A program made the translations under genes and the position numbers. The notes beneath the pieces are model-generated. The model was not told where the DNA came from. It ran no database searches and saw only the letters and a list, made by a program, of their open reading frames with translations. DNA of 64,000 nucleotides from Candidatus Acidiferrales bacterium (GTDB lineage Bacteria; Chloroflexota; Dormibacteria; Aeolococcales; Bog-877): the NCBI GenBank assembly GCA_035533655.1, contig DATLTJ010000107.1, forward strand, positions 72 to 64,071, in the 5' to 3' direction. Of the stretch, positions 53,411-63,660 are shown piece after piece. Each line of letters begins with the position of its first letter. Within the stretch, counting starts at the first letter, position 1.

Positions 53411-54048
53411 GCGTGCCGATCACGGCGGAGATGGTCCGCCAGCTCCGTGAGCAGACCGGCGCCGGGATTATGGACTGCAAGACCGCGCTCACCGAGGCCG
53501 ATGGCGACTTCGAGCGGGCCCGCGACATTCTCCGCGCGAAGGGACTAGCCTCGGCCCAAAAGCGAGCCGGCAAGCAGACGAGAGAAGGGCTGGTGGACTC
53601 CTACATTCACAACGGTGGTCGAATCGGCGTCTTGGTAGAAGTCAACTGCGAGACCGATTTCGTGGCGCGGACCGACACCTTCAAGGCGCTAGTTCACGAC
53701 ATCGCACTCCAGATCGCCGGGCGCTCGCCGCGCTGGGTGCGGAGCGAGGACATCCCGGCCGATGAGCTGGAGCGGGAGCGCGCCGTCTTTCGAGAGCAGG
53801 CCGAACGGGAGGGGAAGGCCGCGGAGCGGCTGGACCAGATCGTCGATGGCCGGCTGCGCAAGTTCTACGAGGAAACCTGCCTCTATGACCAGGCGTGGCT
53901 CCGCGACGAGGGCTCCAAGGGGCGCCGGGTGATCCAGGTGATCCACGAGGTGGTCTCCGCGACCGGTGAGAACATCACGGTGTCCCGCTTCGTCCGGTTC
54001 GAACTGGGAAAGGGAATGGCCGACGAGGGTCAGCCGGATGACGCTTGA
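53407..54048 (+). CDS. tsf: Translation elongation factor Ts
   Basis: [24 protein letters not shown] and [18 protein letters not shown] motifs. GTGA overlap with rpsB. Confidence 0.93.
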   Translation: MSVPITAEMVRQLREQTGAGIMDCKTALTEADGDFERARDILRAKGLASAQKRAGKQTREGLVDSYIHNGGRIGVLVEVNCETDFVARTDTFKALVHDIALQIAGRSPRWVRSEDIPADELERERAVFREQAEREGKAAERLDQIVDGRLRKFYEETCLYDQAWLRDEGSKGRRVIQVIHEVVSATGENITVSRFVRFELGKGMADEGQPDDA

Positions 54049-54823
54049 GCCGTTCACTGAGCTGACCGGGACAGCGGTGAGTTCCGAGCCTGCGGTGCTG
54101 CCCCATTACCGGCGGGTGGTGGTCAAGATCAGCGGCGAGGCGCTGGTCGGAGATGGTGAATTCGGGATCGACCCCGACGTGCTGGACGTGGTCGCCCAGG
54201 AGCTCAAGGGCGCCCATGCCCTAGGCACCGAGATCGCGGTCATGGTGGGCGGGGGGAACATCTTCCGCGGCCTGGCCGGGGCCCAACGGGGCATGAACCG
54301 AGTCACCGCCGACCTGATGGGGATGCTGGGCACCGTCATCAACGCCCTGGCCCTTCGGGACGCTCTCGAGGCCCACGGCATGCCGACCCGGGTGCTCACC
54401 GCGATCGAGATGCACCAGGTGGCCGAGCCCTACATCCGGGGGCGGGCCATCCGCCACCTGGAGAAGGGTCGGGTGGTGGTCTTCTGTGCCGGCTCCGGCA
54501 ATCCCTTCTTCACGACCGACACTCCCGCGGCCCTGCGAGCCGCCGAAATCGGGGCGGACCTCTTGATTAAGGCGACCCGGGTGGACGGCATTTACAGTGC
54601 CGATCCGGAGGTCGATCCCACCGCTACCCGGCTGCCCAACCTGACCTATATGCAGGTCCTGAATCTCCGGCTCCAGGTGATGGACAACACGGCCATCACC
54701 CTGTGCATGGACAATCGGTTGCCCCTGCTGGTGCTGGACCTGTTCACGCCCGGCAACATCGCCCGGGCTGTCCGAGGCGAAGCGGTGGGATCGCTGGTCT
54801 CCGACCAGGCGCCGCCTCCGTGA
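54038..54823 (+). CDS. pyrH: UMP kinase
   Basis: [22 protein letters not shown] and [12 protein letters not shown] motifs. ATG 54038 is preferred to the track start 53966. Confidence 0.92.
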   Translation: MTLEPFTELTGTAVSSEPAVLPHYRRVVVKISGEALVGDGEFGIDPDVLDVVAQELKGAHALGTEIAVMVGGGNIFRGLAGAQRGMNRVTADLMGMLGTVINALALRDALEAHGMPTRVLTAIEMHQVAEPYIRGRAIRHLEKGRVVVFCAGSGNPFFTTDTPAALRAAEIGADLLIKATRVDGIYSADPEVDPTATRLPNLTYMQVLNLRLQVMDNTAITLCMDNRLPLLVLDLFTPGNIARAVRGEAVGSLVSDQAPPP

Positions 54824-55377
54824 GCGATGACCTGCTGCGCGAAACCCAGCACCGGATGGCCAAGAGCGTGGACGCCCTGCAGCGGGAACTGAGCTCAATC
54901 CGCACCGGTCGAGCCAGCCCGGCCCTGGTCGAGCATCTGCCGGTGGAGGTCTACGACAGCCACATGCCGCTCAATCAGGTGGCCAGCATCTCGGCCCCGG
55001 AGGCTCACCTGCTGCTGATTCAACCGTGGGATCGCCACAACCTGGCGGCGATCGAGAAGGTGCTGCGGCGCAGCGAGCTGGGGCTGAATCCTGCCAACGA
55101 CGGCCAGCTGATCAGGCTGCCGGTACCGCCGCTCAACGAGGAGCGGCGCAAGGAGTTCGTCCAGATGGTCAAGCACCGGGCCGAGGAGTCGCGGGTGGCG
55201 GTCCGCAACATTCGGCGGGACGATCTGGAGCAACTGCGGCGGCTGGAGCACGACAAGGAGATCTCGATGGACCAGGCGCAGCGGGCTCAGGTCCAGCTGC
55301 AGAAGGTCACGGACGGGTTCATCGAGGAGATTGAGGAGGTGGCGCGGCGAAAGGAAGCCGAGTTGCTGGAGGTGTGA
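54820..55377 (+). CDS. frr: Ribosome recycling factor
   Basis: M.KSVDALQRELSSIRTGRASPALV and LIRLPVPPLNEERRKE motifs. GTG 54820 overlaps the pyrH stop. Confidence 0.92.
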   Translation: MSDDLLRETQHRMAKSVDALQRELSSIRTGRASPALVEHLPVEVYDSHMPLNQVASISAPEAHLLLIQPWDRHNLAAIEKVLRRSELGLNPANDGQLIRLPVPPLNEERRKEFVQMVKHRAEESRVAVRNIRRDDLEQLRRLEHDKEISMDQAQRAQVQLQKVTDGFIEEIEEVARRKEAELLEV

Positions 55378-55398
55378 GCCCCGGCCGAGACTCTCGGG

Positions 55399-56112
55399 GT
55401 GGCTGAGCCCAGTCCCGCTATGCCCCGGCACATCGGGATCATCATGGACGGCAACGGGCGCTGGGCCCGGCAGCGCGGACTTCGCCGCAGCGCCGGTCAC
55501 CGGGCTGGCATTCAGTCGATCCGACGGGTGATGGCGGCGGCCGACGAGGCGGGGGTCCACTGCCTGACTCTCTACGCCTTCTCGACCGAGAACTGGTCGC
55601 GGCCCCGTCAGGAGGTGGCCACCCTGATGCGGCTCTTCGAACAGACCCTGCAGGCGGAGGTCGACGAGCTGCACCAGAACGGGGTGCGGATCCGGGTGAT
55701 CGGTCGCCGCGAGCAGCTCTCCTCCCGGCTCCAGAAGCTGGTGGAGGAGGCCGAGCGACGCACCGCCGAGAACCTGACTGGGGTGCTGAATGTCGCCATT
55801 AACTACGGCGGGCGCGCCGAGATTGTCGACGGGGTGCGCCGGCTGGCGGCCTCGGGCGCTGACTTGAGCCGGCTGGAGGAGGCCGATCTGGCGGGCGCCC
55901 TCTATACCGCAGGTCTGCCCGATCCCGACCTCATCATTCGCACTGCCGGGGAGATGCGGACCAGCAATTTCCTGATCTGGCAGGCGGCCTACGCCGAACT
56001 TTACGTGACGGAGACTTACTGGCCCGACTTCGATGCCGCCCACCTGAAGGCGGCGCTGGCGGACTACTCCGCCCGAGTTCGACGCTTTGGTGGGGTGTTA
56101 GAACAGCGGTGA
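55399..56112 (+). CDS. uppS: Isoprenyl transferase (undecaprenyl diphosphate synthase family)
   Basis: PRHIGIIMDGNGRWA, LYAFSTENW.RP and RTAGE.R.SNFL.WQ motifs. Start is GTG 55399 or ATG 55420. Confidence 0.9.
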   Translation: MAEPSPAMPRHIGIIMDGNGRWARQRGLRRSAGHRAGIQSIRRVMAAADEAGVHCLTLYAFSTENWSRPRQEVATLMRLFEQTLQAEVDELHQNGVRIRVIGRREQLSSRLQKLVEEAERRTAENLTGVLNVAINYGGRAEIVDGVRRLAASGADLSRLEEADLAGALYTAGLPDPDLIIRTAGEMRTSNFLIWQAAYAELYVTETYWPDFDAAHLKAALADYSARVRRFGGVLEQR

Positions 56113-56921
56113 AGCTCGCGGTGCGCACCGCCAGCGGGCTGGCCCTGCTGGGCCTCTTTCTCGGGGCTCTCTGGCTGGGCGACCTGTTCGTCGACGCCTT
56201 CGTGGCGCTGGTCGTGGGCCTTGGCCTCCGGGAGTACTGGAAGCTGTGGCGGGGAGCCGGGATCAACGTCGATCCGATCCTTCTGTTCGGGCTGGCAGCG
56301 CTGTGGTTGTTCCGCTACGCCTACCCCAATCTCTCCCAGGCCACGGTGGTGCTGGTCATCGCGGTGGTGGGCGGACTGGCGTTCTCGCTCCGCTTCGATC
56401 CCCAGTCCCAGCCCTTTCGCCGATGGGCGCTGGCGGTCGGGGGGGCCGCCTGGCTCGGCTTCTGCCCGGGATTTCTGCTCCTGCTCTACCACGGGATTGC
56501 CGATCGGCCGAGAGCGGTGGAGGTGCTCCTGCTCACGGTGGGGGTCTCGGTGATCGGCGACACGCTCGCCTACCTGGTGGGGTCGCGCTTCGGTCGCCAT
56601 GCCTTCTTTGCCCGGATCAGCCCCCGCAAGACCTGGGAAGGCGCGGTGGCCGCGCTCATCGCCCCGACCCTGGCGGTGGGCCTGCTGCTGCCCCTGGCCC
56701 TCCCCCGAGTGGGACATCCCGCTGCCTTTGGGATCGGATTCCTGGCGGCCGTTGCTGCTATCGCCGGGGACCTGGTGGAGTCCCAGCTCAAGCGCGAGGT
56801 GGGAGTCAAGGACTCCGGCCGGCTCGTGCCCGGCCACGGGGGCGTGCTCGACCGGATGGACAGTCTGATCTTCGTGGGGGCGGTCGTATACTCGCTTCTG
56901 GGGGCGATACACGCGTTCTGA
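56109..56921 (+). CDS. cdsA: Phosphatidate cytidylyltransferase
   Basis: Multi-pass membrane protein with the C-terminal signature SQLKREVGVKDSGRLVPGHGGVLDRMDS. Confidence 0.9.
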   Translation: MKLAVRTASGLALLGLFLGALWLGDLFVDAFVALVVGLGLREYWKLWRGAGINVDPILLFGLAALWLFRYAYPNLSQATVVLVIAVVGGLAFSLRFDPQSQPFRRWALAVGGAAWLGFCPGFLLLLYHGIADRPRAVEVLLLTVGVSVIGDTLAYLVGSRFGRHAFFARISPRKTWEGAVAALIAPTLAVGLLLPLALPRVGHPAAFGIGFLAAVAAIAGDLVESQLKREVGVKDSGRLVPGHGGVLDRMDSLIFVGAVVYSLLGAIHAF

Positions 56922-56986
56922 ACACCCCCACCACCGGCCGCTCCCCGCGAACTGGATGCGCCGGGCTCACATCGGAGGCTCGATCA

Positions 56987-58150
56987 ATGCTGACGCGGGT
57001 AGCGGTGATCGGGGCCACCGGGTCAATTGGGGCTCAGGCGCTGGACGTAATCGCCCGGTTCCCGCAGCATTTCGAGCTGGTGGGCGCCGTGGCCGGTCGT
57101 CGGGTCGGTGCTCTGCGGGAGGCGCTGGCTCCTTTCCCCGCCGCTAAGGCGGTCCTGATCGACCCGGACGGGCCCGTTCCCCACGGCACCTCGGTGGGGA
57201 TCGAGGCGGCCTGCCAGCTGGCCGCCTCTCACGACGTCGATGTGGTCTTGGTCGGGGGTGGTGGGGCCGGGGCCCTGCTGCCGACGCTGGCGGCCTGCCG
57301 AGCAGGCCAGTTGGTGGCGCTCGCGACCAAGGAAGTGCTGGTGATGGCCGGCGAACTGGTCACCGTGACCGCCCGAGCGAACGGGGCCCGCATCGTTCCG
57401 GTGGACAGCGAGCACAGTGCCATCTGGCAGTGCCTGAGGGGCGAGCGACCCGAGAGCGTCCGGCGGCTGATCCTCACCGCCAGCGGGGGCGCCCTGCGCT
57501 CACTGCCATTGGGAGAGCTGAGCCAGGTCTCGCCGGCGCAGGCGCTGGCCCACCCCAACTGGCGAATGGGACCGAAGGTCACCGTCGACACCGCCACCAT
57601 GATCAACAAGGGGTTGGAGGTGATCGAAGCCCACTTCCTCTTCGACGTCCCCTACCAGTGCATCGAGGTGCTGATCCATCCCCAGAGTGCGATCCACTCG
57701 GCGGTTGAATTCTGCGACGGAACCATGATTGCCCAGTTGGGTATCGCCGATATGCGGGCCCCGATCGCGCTGGCGCTGAGCGACGGCGTGCGGCTGCCCG
57801 GGGTCGTGACTCCCCTCCAGCTGGCCGAGGTGGGCCGGCTGGATTTCGAGGCGATTGATCCGGCTCGCTACCCGGCGCTGCAGGTGGTGCGGGACGCTGG
57901 GCAGCGGGGCGGAGCGGTCCCGGCGGTGATGAATGCCGCCAACGAGGTGGCGGTCGCCGCCTTCCTGGAGGGGAAGCTCCAATTCATGGAGATCGCCACG
58001 GTGGTGGAGCGGGTGACCAGCTCCTTCGAGCCACCGCCGAGCCGGGGCTTGGAGCAGCTGCTGGAGGCCGATCGCTGGGCGCGGCAGCAGACCCAGGCGC
58101 TGGTCGGTCAGCCGGTGGTGTCCGCCGCGCCGGGCACGGTCCCCGTCTAG
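56987..58150 (+). CDS. dxr: 1-deoxy-D-xylulose 5-phosphate reductoisomerase
   Basis: VAVIGATGSIGAQALDV, VDSEHSAI and HPNW.MG.K.T.DSAT motifs. The track ORF start (56246) is a spurious extension across cdsA. Confidence 0.92.
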   Translation: MLTRVAVIGATGSIGAQALDVIARFPQHFELVGAVAGRRVGALREALAPFPAAKAVLIDPDGPVPHGTSVGIEAACQLAASHDVDVVLVGGGGAGALLPTLAACRAGQLVALATKEVLVMAGELVTVTARANGARIVPVDSEHSAIWQCLRGERPESVRRLILTASGGALRSLPLGELSQVSPAQALAHPNWRMGPKVTVDTATMINKGLEVIEAHFLFDVPYQCIEVLIHPQSAIHSAVEFCDGTMIAQLGIADMRAPIALALSDGVRLPGVVTPLQLAEVGRLDFEAIDPARYPALQVVRDAGQRGGAVPAVMNAANEVAVAAFLEGKLQFMEIATVVERVTSSFEPPPSRGLEQLLEADRWARQQTQALVGQPVVSAAPGTVPV

Positions 58151-59404
58151 ATGGGCGGGTTCGTCCTAACCTGGCAGACGGTCGGGGGCATCATCCTGAT
58201 GCTGCTGGTGGTGGTCGCCATCCACGAGCTAGGCCATTTCGTGGTCGCCAAGCGGGCGGGCATCATGGTCCAGGAGTTCTCCATCGGCTTCGGGCCCAGG
58301 CTCGCGAGCCGGACGCGGGGCGAGACCCAGTACTCGCTGCGGCTCTTGCCGCTCGGCGGCTACGTCCGCATGGCCGGGATGACCGGACTGGAAACCCCGC
58401 CCAACGACGGAGGCGACCGCGGGTTCATCAAGGCCAGCAACGTTCGCAAGGCCGCCACCCTGGCCGCCGGGGGACTGATGAACATGGTCCTGGCGGGAGC
58501 GCTCTTCACCGGAGTGGCGGTGGTAGGTGGACCTTCTCCGCGGATCCAGTCGGGCGGCGCCCTGGCGGGGGCCGGGGTGAAGGGTGACTACCAGGTGGTC
58601 TCCATCGCCGGGCACCCTAGCACGGGCCTCCTGGGCATTCGCAGCCGCATCCAGGCCGACCGCGGCCAGCCCCTCCAGGTGGGGCTAAAGCCGTGGAATG
58701 GCGGCGCCACCCGGGAGGTGACCGTCCATCCCCAACTGCACTGGGTAGGGCTCAACAAGACCCCGAAGATTCCGATCGAAGCGACCATCACCGCCATCAA
58801 CGGAGCGCCCGCCCCCCACGCCGCCCCGGCCGGCATGGCCAAGGCGATTCCCGGCACCGCTCCGCTTCAAGTCTCCTTCCGGACCGCCGCCGCCAAGACG
58901 GGCACCGTCTCGGTGCGGCGCAGCCAGCTCCAGGTGGAGTGGCTGGTGGGTTACATCGCGTCCGAAGGGAACCTCCTGATTCCCAGCCTGGGTGGCCCCC
59001 CCATGCCGATCTACTCAGCTTTGGCGACCGGCTTCTACACCGTGCCCAGTCAGATCGGGTCAACCTTCGTCAACCTCTGGAAGCTGATCAGCCCGCATCA
59101 CCCGTCGAACTTGCGGCTCTCGGGACCGGTGGGGATCGCGGAGGCGACCTCGGTGGCGACCCAGATTGGGCCGACCACCTACCTCACTTTGATGGCCCTG
59201 ATCTCGGTCAACCTGGGCCTCTTCAACCTCCTACCGATTCCCTTCCTGGACGGGGGGCGACTCTTCTTTGTGCTCTTGGAGATGGGTCGTCGACGGCGCA
59301 TCGATCCGCGGGTGGAAGCCATCGTTCACGCCGTTGGGTTAGCCTTGATAGCGATGCTCTTTATCTATGTGACCTACGGCGATATCACCAATCTCTCCCG
59401 ATGA
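58151..59404 (+). CDS. RIP metalloprotease RseP-like (M50 site-2 protease)
   Basis: HELGHFVVAKR zinc site, LPLGGYV, and C-terminal NLLPIPFLDGG. Confidence 0.88.
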   Translation: MGGFVLTWQTVGGIILMLLVVVAIHELGHFVVAKRAGIMVQEFSIGFGPRLASRTRGETQYSLRLLPLGGYVRMAGMTGLETPPNDGGDRGFIKASNVRKAATLAAGGLMNMVLAGALFTGVAVVGGPSPRIQSGGALAGAGVKGDYQVVSIAGHPSTGLLGIRSRIQADRGQPLQVGLKPWNGGATREVTVHPQLHWVGLNKTPKIPIEATITAINGAPAPHAAPAGMAKAIPGTAPLQVSFRTAAAKTGTVSVRRSQLQVEWLVGYIASEGNLLIPSLGGPPMPIYSALATGFYTVPSQIGSTFVNLWKLISPHHPSNLRLSGPVGIAEATSVATQIGPTTYLTLMALISVNLGLFNLLPIPFLDGGRLFFVLLEMGRRRRIDPRVEAIVHAVGLALIAMLFIYVTYGDITNLSR

Positions 59405-60561
59405 TTGAGCGCCGCAAGACCAGGCCGATCAAGGTGGGCTCGGTAGTCATCGGGGGCGCGGCCCCGATCAGCGTCCAGACCATGACCAAGACGCCCACCG
59501 AGGACGTCAAGGGAACCCTGGAGCAGATTGCGCGCGCCGCCGACGCCGGGGCCGACATCATCCGGGTCACCTGCGACACCAAGGAAGCGGGGGAGACGCT
59601 CAAGGAGATCGTGAAGGGGAGCCGGCTGCCGATCGTGGCCGACATCCACTACGACGCCCCCCTGGCTCTGATGGCTTTGGATGCCGGCATTCAGTGCCTG
59701 CGGCTCAACCCGGGCAACATCCGCCAGCCTGAGAAGATCTCCGAGATCGCTCGGCGCTGTCAAGCGCTCGGAGTACCGATCCGAGTCGGGGTCAACGCGG
59801 GCAGCCTGCCGGACCGCAAGAAACTGGCCGGCGGGCGCGGCGAGGGTGGGATCCCCGATGTGGCCCAGCGGATGGTCGACGCGGCCCTCGGCCACATCAA
59901 GCTGCTGGAGGAGGTCGGCTTCGAGGACATCAAGGTCAGCCTCAAGGCCAGTGACGTGCTCACCAACATCGCCGCCAACCGGCTCTTCGCCGGCCTCCGG
60001 AACCGCTACCCGCTCCATCTCGGTCTGACCGAGTCCGGGCCCACCAAGACGGGCTCCATCAAGAGTGCGATGGGGATCGGCATTCTCCTGGCCGAGGGAA
60101 TCGGGGACACCATCCGGGTCTCTTTGGTCGACGAACCCGAGGAGGAGGTGCGGGTGGCCCGGCAGATCCTGGCCAACCTCCAAGAGAAGCCGAGCGGGCC
60201 CAACCTGATCGCCTGCCCGACCTGCGGCCGGTTGGAGATCAACATGGTCCCCATGGTGGCCGACGTGGAGGAGGCCCTCAAGCGGGTGAAGCGGCCGATC
60301 AACGTGTCGGTCATGGGCTGCGTGGTCAACGGGCCCGGCGAGGGAATGCACGCCGATATCGGCATCGCCGGAGGTCAGAAGAAGGGAATCCTCTACCGCA
60401 AGGGCAAGGTCATCGCCACCATGCCGGAGGCGGAGTTGGTGGCGGCTCTGGTCACCGAGCTGGACAAGATCGCAACCGAGGACGCCCGCCTGATCGCCGC
60501 TGGGAAACCGCTGCCCGATGGCATTCCCGAACTGGAGACAGAGCCGGTCCTAGCCGGCTGA
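59401..60561 (+). CDS. ispG: 4-hydroxy-3-methylbut-2-en-1-yl diphosphate synthase
   Basis: R.TRPIKVG.V.IGG.APISVQTMT N-terminus and Fe-S cysteines (ACPTCGR, MGCVVNGPGE). ATGA overlap with the protease gene. The track ORF start (58693) is spurious. Confidence 0.92.
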   Translation: MIERRKTRPIKVGSVVIGGAAPISVQTMTKTPTEDVKGTLEQIARAADAGADIIRVTCDTKEAGETLKEIVKGSRLPIVADIHYDAPLALMALDAGIQCLRLNPGNIRQPEKISEIARRCQALGVPIRVGVNAGSLPDRKKLAGGRGEGGIPDVAQRMVDAALGHIKLLEEVGFEDIKVSLKASDVLTNIAANRLFAGLRNRYPLHLGLTESGPTKTGSIKSAMGIGILLAEGIGDTIRVSLVDEPEEEVRVARQILANLQEKPSGPNLIACPTCGRLEINMVPMVADVEEALKRVKRPINVSVMGCVVNGPGEGMHADIGIAGGQKKGILYRKGKVIATMPEAELVAALVTELDKIATEDARLIAAGKPLPDGIPELETEPVLAG

Positions 60562-60562
60562 C

Positions 60563-60581
60563 CGACGGCCTTAGGCCGTCG
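60563..60581. terminator. Hairpin between convergent ispG and GATase genes (8-bp stem CGACGGCC/GGCCGTCG)
   Basis: Perfect inverted repeat 2 nt after the ispG stop. The loop TTA is the complement of the minus-gene TAA stop. No U-tract, so it would be an I-shaped terminator at best. Confidence 0.35.
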
Positions 60582-61350
60582 TCACCAGTTCCGCTGCCAT
60601 CCAGGTGCTGGCCGGTCTGCCCTGACGGCAGGCCTCGGCGAAGGCTGCAAAGATGGCTTGGGCCGCCGGGTCGTGGGACGCCAACTCCTCAGGGTGGTAC
60701 TGGACCCCGAGCACGAATGGGTCGCCGGGCAGCTCGACTGCCTCGACCAGCCCGTCGGGGGACCAGCCGGTGGCGACCAGCCGGGGGGCCAGCTGGTCGA
60801 TTCCCTGGTGATGCATGCTGTTGACCGGGAGGGTGTCGGCGTTGACGATCCGTCCTAACCGGGACGAGCGTTGCACTTGCATTGGGTGGGCCAACTGGTC
60901 GCGGGGCCGCGGCTCATCCGGGTTCGCCTCCGGGGCATGCTGCGGCAGATCCTGGATCAGGCTCCCACCCAAAGCGACGTTGAGCACCTGCAGCCCCCGA
61001 CAGATGGCGAGGACGGGGGTCCCCTCGCTCAGGGCCCATTCCAGGAGGGCGAACTCCAGCTGATCACTCTCCGGGTCCGGCTCAGTCGTGGGGTCCAGGT
61101 CCTGTCCGTAGCGCAGCGGGTCGACATCGGGACCACCCGGCAGCAGCAGGCCGCTGGCCCAGGAGAGATCGCCGGGCAGGGCGCCGCGGGTGGGGAGCAG
61201 GACCGGAGCCAGCCCGACCGACTGCAGCGCGGCCACGTAGGCGCGATTGAGCGATTGGACGGGTTGAGCCTCGCCCCGGGGCCGGGCTTTGAACGAGGCC
61301 TGGGCGGGCACCAGCACGGTGGGGCGGGCGGTGCCGGTGGCTTCGGACAC
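60571..61350 (-). CDS. Class I glutamine amidotransferase / gamma-glutamyl-GABA hydrolase-like (peptidase C26)
   Basis: Nucleophile elbow LAICRGLQVLNVALGG, SMHHQGI and VQYHPE. GTG 61350 lies 4 nt after the upstream stop. The track ORF (to 61755) is over-extended. Confidence 0.82.
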   Translation of the reverse strand: MSEATGTARPTVLVPAQASFKARPRGEAQPVQSLNRAYVAALQSVGLAPVLLPTRGALPGDLSWASGLLLPGGPDVDPLRYGQDLDPTTEPDPESDQLEFALLEWALSEGTPVLAICRGLQVLNVALGGSLIQDLPQHAPEANPDEPRPRDQLAHPMQVQRSSRLGRIVNADTLPVNSMHHQGIDQLAPRLVATGWSPDGLVEAVELPGDPFVLGVQYHPEELASHDPAAQAIFAAFAEACRQGRPASTWMAAELVTTA

Positions 61351-61354
61351 GTGG

Positions 61355-62548
61355 CTAGCGCGACCCGACCGCGGTCGGGGAGGCGGTCTTGATAAAGGCC
61401 GAGATCTGCTCCAGCGCCTGCCCGATCTGGTCCTCGGAGGCGGTGTAGGCGAAGCGCAAGTAGCCGTGGCCATTCTCCCCGAAGGCCTCGCCCGCCAGCG
61501 CCGCCACTCCGGCTTCCTCCAGCAAGCGGTGGGCCAGCTCGCGGCTCGAGATCCCGGTCTCGGTGATGCTGGGGAAGGCGTAGAAGGAGGCGGCGGGTAG
61601 ATGGCAGTGAAATCCGGGAATCGAATTGAGTCCGGCCACCAGGATGTCGCGCCGACCCCGAAAGGCGGCGACCATGCGCTCGACTTCGGCTCGTGACTCG
61701 GGCGACTCCAGCGCCTCGATCGCGGCCATCTGGGTGAAGGCGGCGGCGCAGGCACTGGTGTTGATGAGGAGGGTGGCCATGCGCTCGGCGAGCGCCTCCG
61801 GCATCACCCCGTAGCCCAGCCGCCACCCGCACATCGCGTAGGTCTTGGAGAGCCCATCCATGACGATGGTCCGCTCCAGCAGTCCCGGGCGCGACCAGAT
61901 TGGCTTGGGCAGATCTTGGAAACAGATCTCGGTGTAGATCTCGTCACTGACGACCCAGAGGTCGTGCCGCACCGCTAGCTCCGCCAACCGGTCCAAGTCA
62001 CTCTCGGTGAGGACCCCGCCGGTCGGGTTCTGAGGGGAGTTGATGATTATCATCCGGGTCTTGGGAGTGATGGTCCGAGCTACCTCTTCGACGTCCATCC
62101 GGAAGTCGTTCACCTCTCGGATCGCGACCGGCTTGGCGACCGCTCCCACGAAGTCGGTCAAAGACCGGTAGACGGGATATCCGGGGTCCGGGAGGATGAC
62201 CTCGTCGCCCGGCTCGATCAGAGCCAGGAGGGCGAAGTAGAGGATGTTTTTGGATCCCGGCACCACCACCACTTGGGCCGGGCCGACGGCCACCCCGCCC
62301 CGGCGCTGCATCGCTGCCGCAATCGCTTCGCGTACTTGGGGCAGTCCGGCAGCCGGGGTGTAGTGCGTCAGGCCGGACTGCATCGCCTGATGGGCCGCCG
62401 CGATGATGTTGGCGGGCGTCGCGAAGTCCGGCTCGCCGATCTCCAAGTGGATCATCGGGCGGCCCTGCGCCTCCAGGCGCCGGGCGTGGGCGAGGACCTC
62501 GAAAGCGCTCTCCGTCCCCAGCCGCTCCATCCGCTTGGCAAACCGCAC
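61355..62548 (-). CDS. Pyridoxal phosphate-dependent aminotransferase (class I, aspartate aminotransferase-like)
   Basis: IINSPQNPTG, and the PLP-lysine context LSKTYAMCGWRLGY. Confidence 0.88.
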   Translation of the reverse strand: MRFAKRMERLGTESAFEVLAHARRLEAQGRPMIHLEIGEPDFATPANIIAAAHQAMQSGLTHYTPAAGLPQVREAIAAAMQRRGGVAVGPAQVVVVPGSKNILYFALLALIEPGDEVILPDPGYPVYRSLTDFVGAVAKPVAIREVNDFRMDVEEVARTITPKTRMIIINSPQNPTGGVLTESDLDRLAELAVRHDLWVVSDEIYTEICFQDLPKPIWSRPGLLERTIVMDGLSKTYAMCGWRLGYGVMPEALAERMATLLINTSACAAAFTQMAAIEALESPESRAEVERMVAAFRGRRDILVAGLNSIPGFHCHLPAASFYAFPSITETGISSRELAHRLLEEAGVAALAGEAFGENGHGYLRFAYTASEDQIGQALEQISAFIKTASPTAVGSR

Positions 62549-62591
62549 GCTTACCTCCCTCCCGGAGCCTGAATCGGCCTCGGGTACAACC

Positions 62592-63077
62592 TCAGCTGAC
62601 GACGGTGATCGAACCCAGCATGCCCAGCGTCTCGTGGGGGATGCAGAAGTACTTGTACGTTCCGGCCACCGTCAGCTTGAGTGACCAGCTCGCCCCGGCG
62701 GACAGCGGGTGATTCCAGGCGGTGGCTCCGGCTGGGAGCACGGAGTCGGAGGCCTTCGCGGCCAGCGACGGCGTGTCGGTGGTTGTGTGAGCGATGGCGC
62801 CGGTGTTCTTCCACGTCACCGTGCCCCCAACTTTGAGGCAGGCCGTGTCGGGAGTGAATTTCAAATTGTCACCGGCGGCGATGGTGACTGCGGTCTGGGC
62901 GCTGGCGGAGGTGCAGCCGCTGGAGCTACTGGAGCCGCTGCTAGCCGAGGACGGCTGGGAGGCTGCCACCCCGGGGATTGGCCCAGTTCCACACGCCGTC
63001 AAGAGCAGGGCGAACCCGCCGACCGCAATTCCAATCAGAGTGGAGTACCGGCGGTGGTGGGATCGGGGCTGGATCAT
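62592..63077 (-). CDS. Cupredoxin (plastocyanin/amicyanin-like blue copper) lipoprotein
   Basis: Signal peptide with lipobox LLLTAC and a Ser-rich linker. Type-1 Cu ligands H (AIAHTT) and C-x2-H-x4-M (YFCIPHETLGM). ATG 63077 sits behind AGGAGGA. The track ORF is over-extended. Confidence 0.8.
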   Translation of the reverse strand: MIQPRSHHRRYSTLIGIAVGGFALLLTACGTGPIPGVAASQPSSASSGSSSSSGCTSASAQTAVTIAAGDNLKFTPDTACLKVGGTVTWKNTGAIAHTTTDTPSLAAKASDSVLPAGATAWNHPLSAGASWSLKLTVAGTYKYFCIPHETLGMLGSITVVS

Positions 63078-63102
63078 CGAGTCCTCCTGTTTGGGATGTC
63101 CC

Positions 63103-63660
63103 TCAGATGCTACCGCGACGCTTCCCATCCAAGGGCTGCGCCTCCGGGGGCAGCACCCGGGAGGCGCCCACTGAGCCGGCCAGCCAGCGCAGGCGGGTGA
63201 AGAAGCCGGTGGTGTGCGGCGAGCGGCCCAGACCGAGGCCGCTGAAGTCGAAGTGGTGGGTCCATTCGTGGAGGAGGGTGTTGACGAAGGCCCCCGAGGC
63301 CAGCACTTGCTGGCGAATCGCGGTGCGGTGGTAGATCCGGATGGCACAGCGCTCGGGTGTTGCTCCCGGGCGGGGAATCCGGCAGCGGTAGTAGCCGTAC
63401 GTCTTCTGGGCCAGCCGCCCCCGCTGATCGGTGGCGTGGGTCTGGGCTCGGTCGGCCAGCACCAGTCGCACCGGCGGCAGGCCAAAGCTGTCATTGAGGA
63501 CCTCCAGCAGTGCCACCGCCAACTGCTCCCGCTCTGTGAGCTGCTCGCTGCTCAACAGGGAGGCGACCAGGATGCCGGCAGCACGTGGCGGCAGGTGGGG
63601 CAGTTCCAGGACGGCCTGGCTCTTGGCGTAGTCGTGGGAAGAGGTGGTGAACCGGGGCAT
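63103..63660 (-). CDS. Hypothetical protein with HEXXH zinc-metallopeptidase-like motif
   Basis: LLHEWTHHFD is the only recognisable motif, and the ORF has reasonable G/C3 bias. The family is unassigned. Confidence 0.55.
   Translation of the reverse strand: MPRFTTSSHDYAKSQAVLELPHLPPRAAGILVASLLSSEQLTEREQLAVALLEVLNDSFGLPPVRLVLADRAQTHATDQRGRLAQKTYGYYRCRIPRPGATPERCAIRIYHRTAIRQQVLASGAFVNTLLHEWTHHFDFSGLGLGRSPHTTGFFTRLRWLAGSVGASRVLPPEAQPLDGKRRGSI

Noticed and set aside
56246-56986. 5' extensions of track ORFs: dxr from 56246, ispG from 58693, GATase to 61755, cupredoxin to 63494, DinB to 41898, L28 to 16082, hemY to 5960, topA from 37203.
   Set aside because: Each extension overlaps a well-supported neighbouring gene in another frame and precedes the point where family homology starts. 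Internal starts with plausible RBS or stop-start overlaps were chosen instead.
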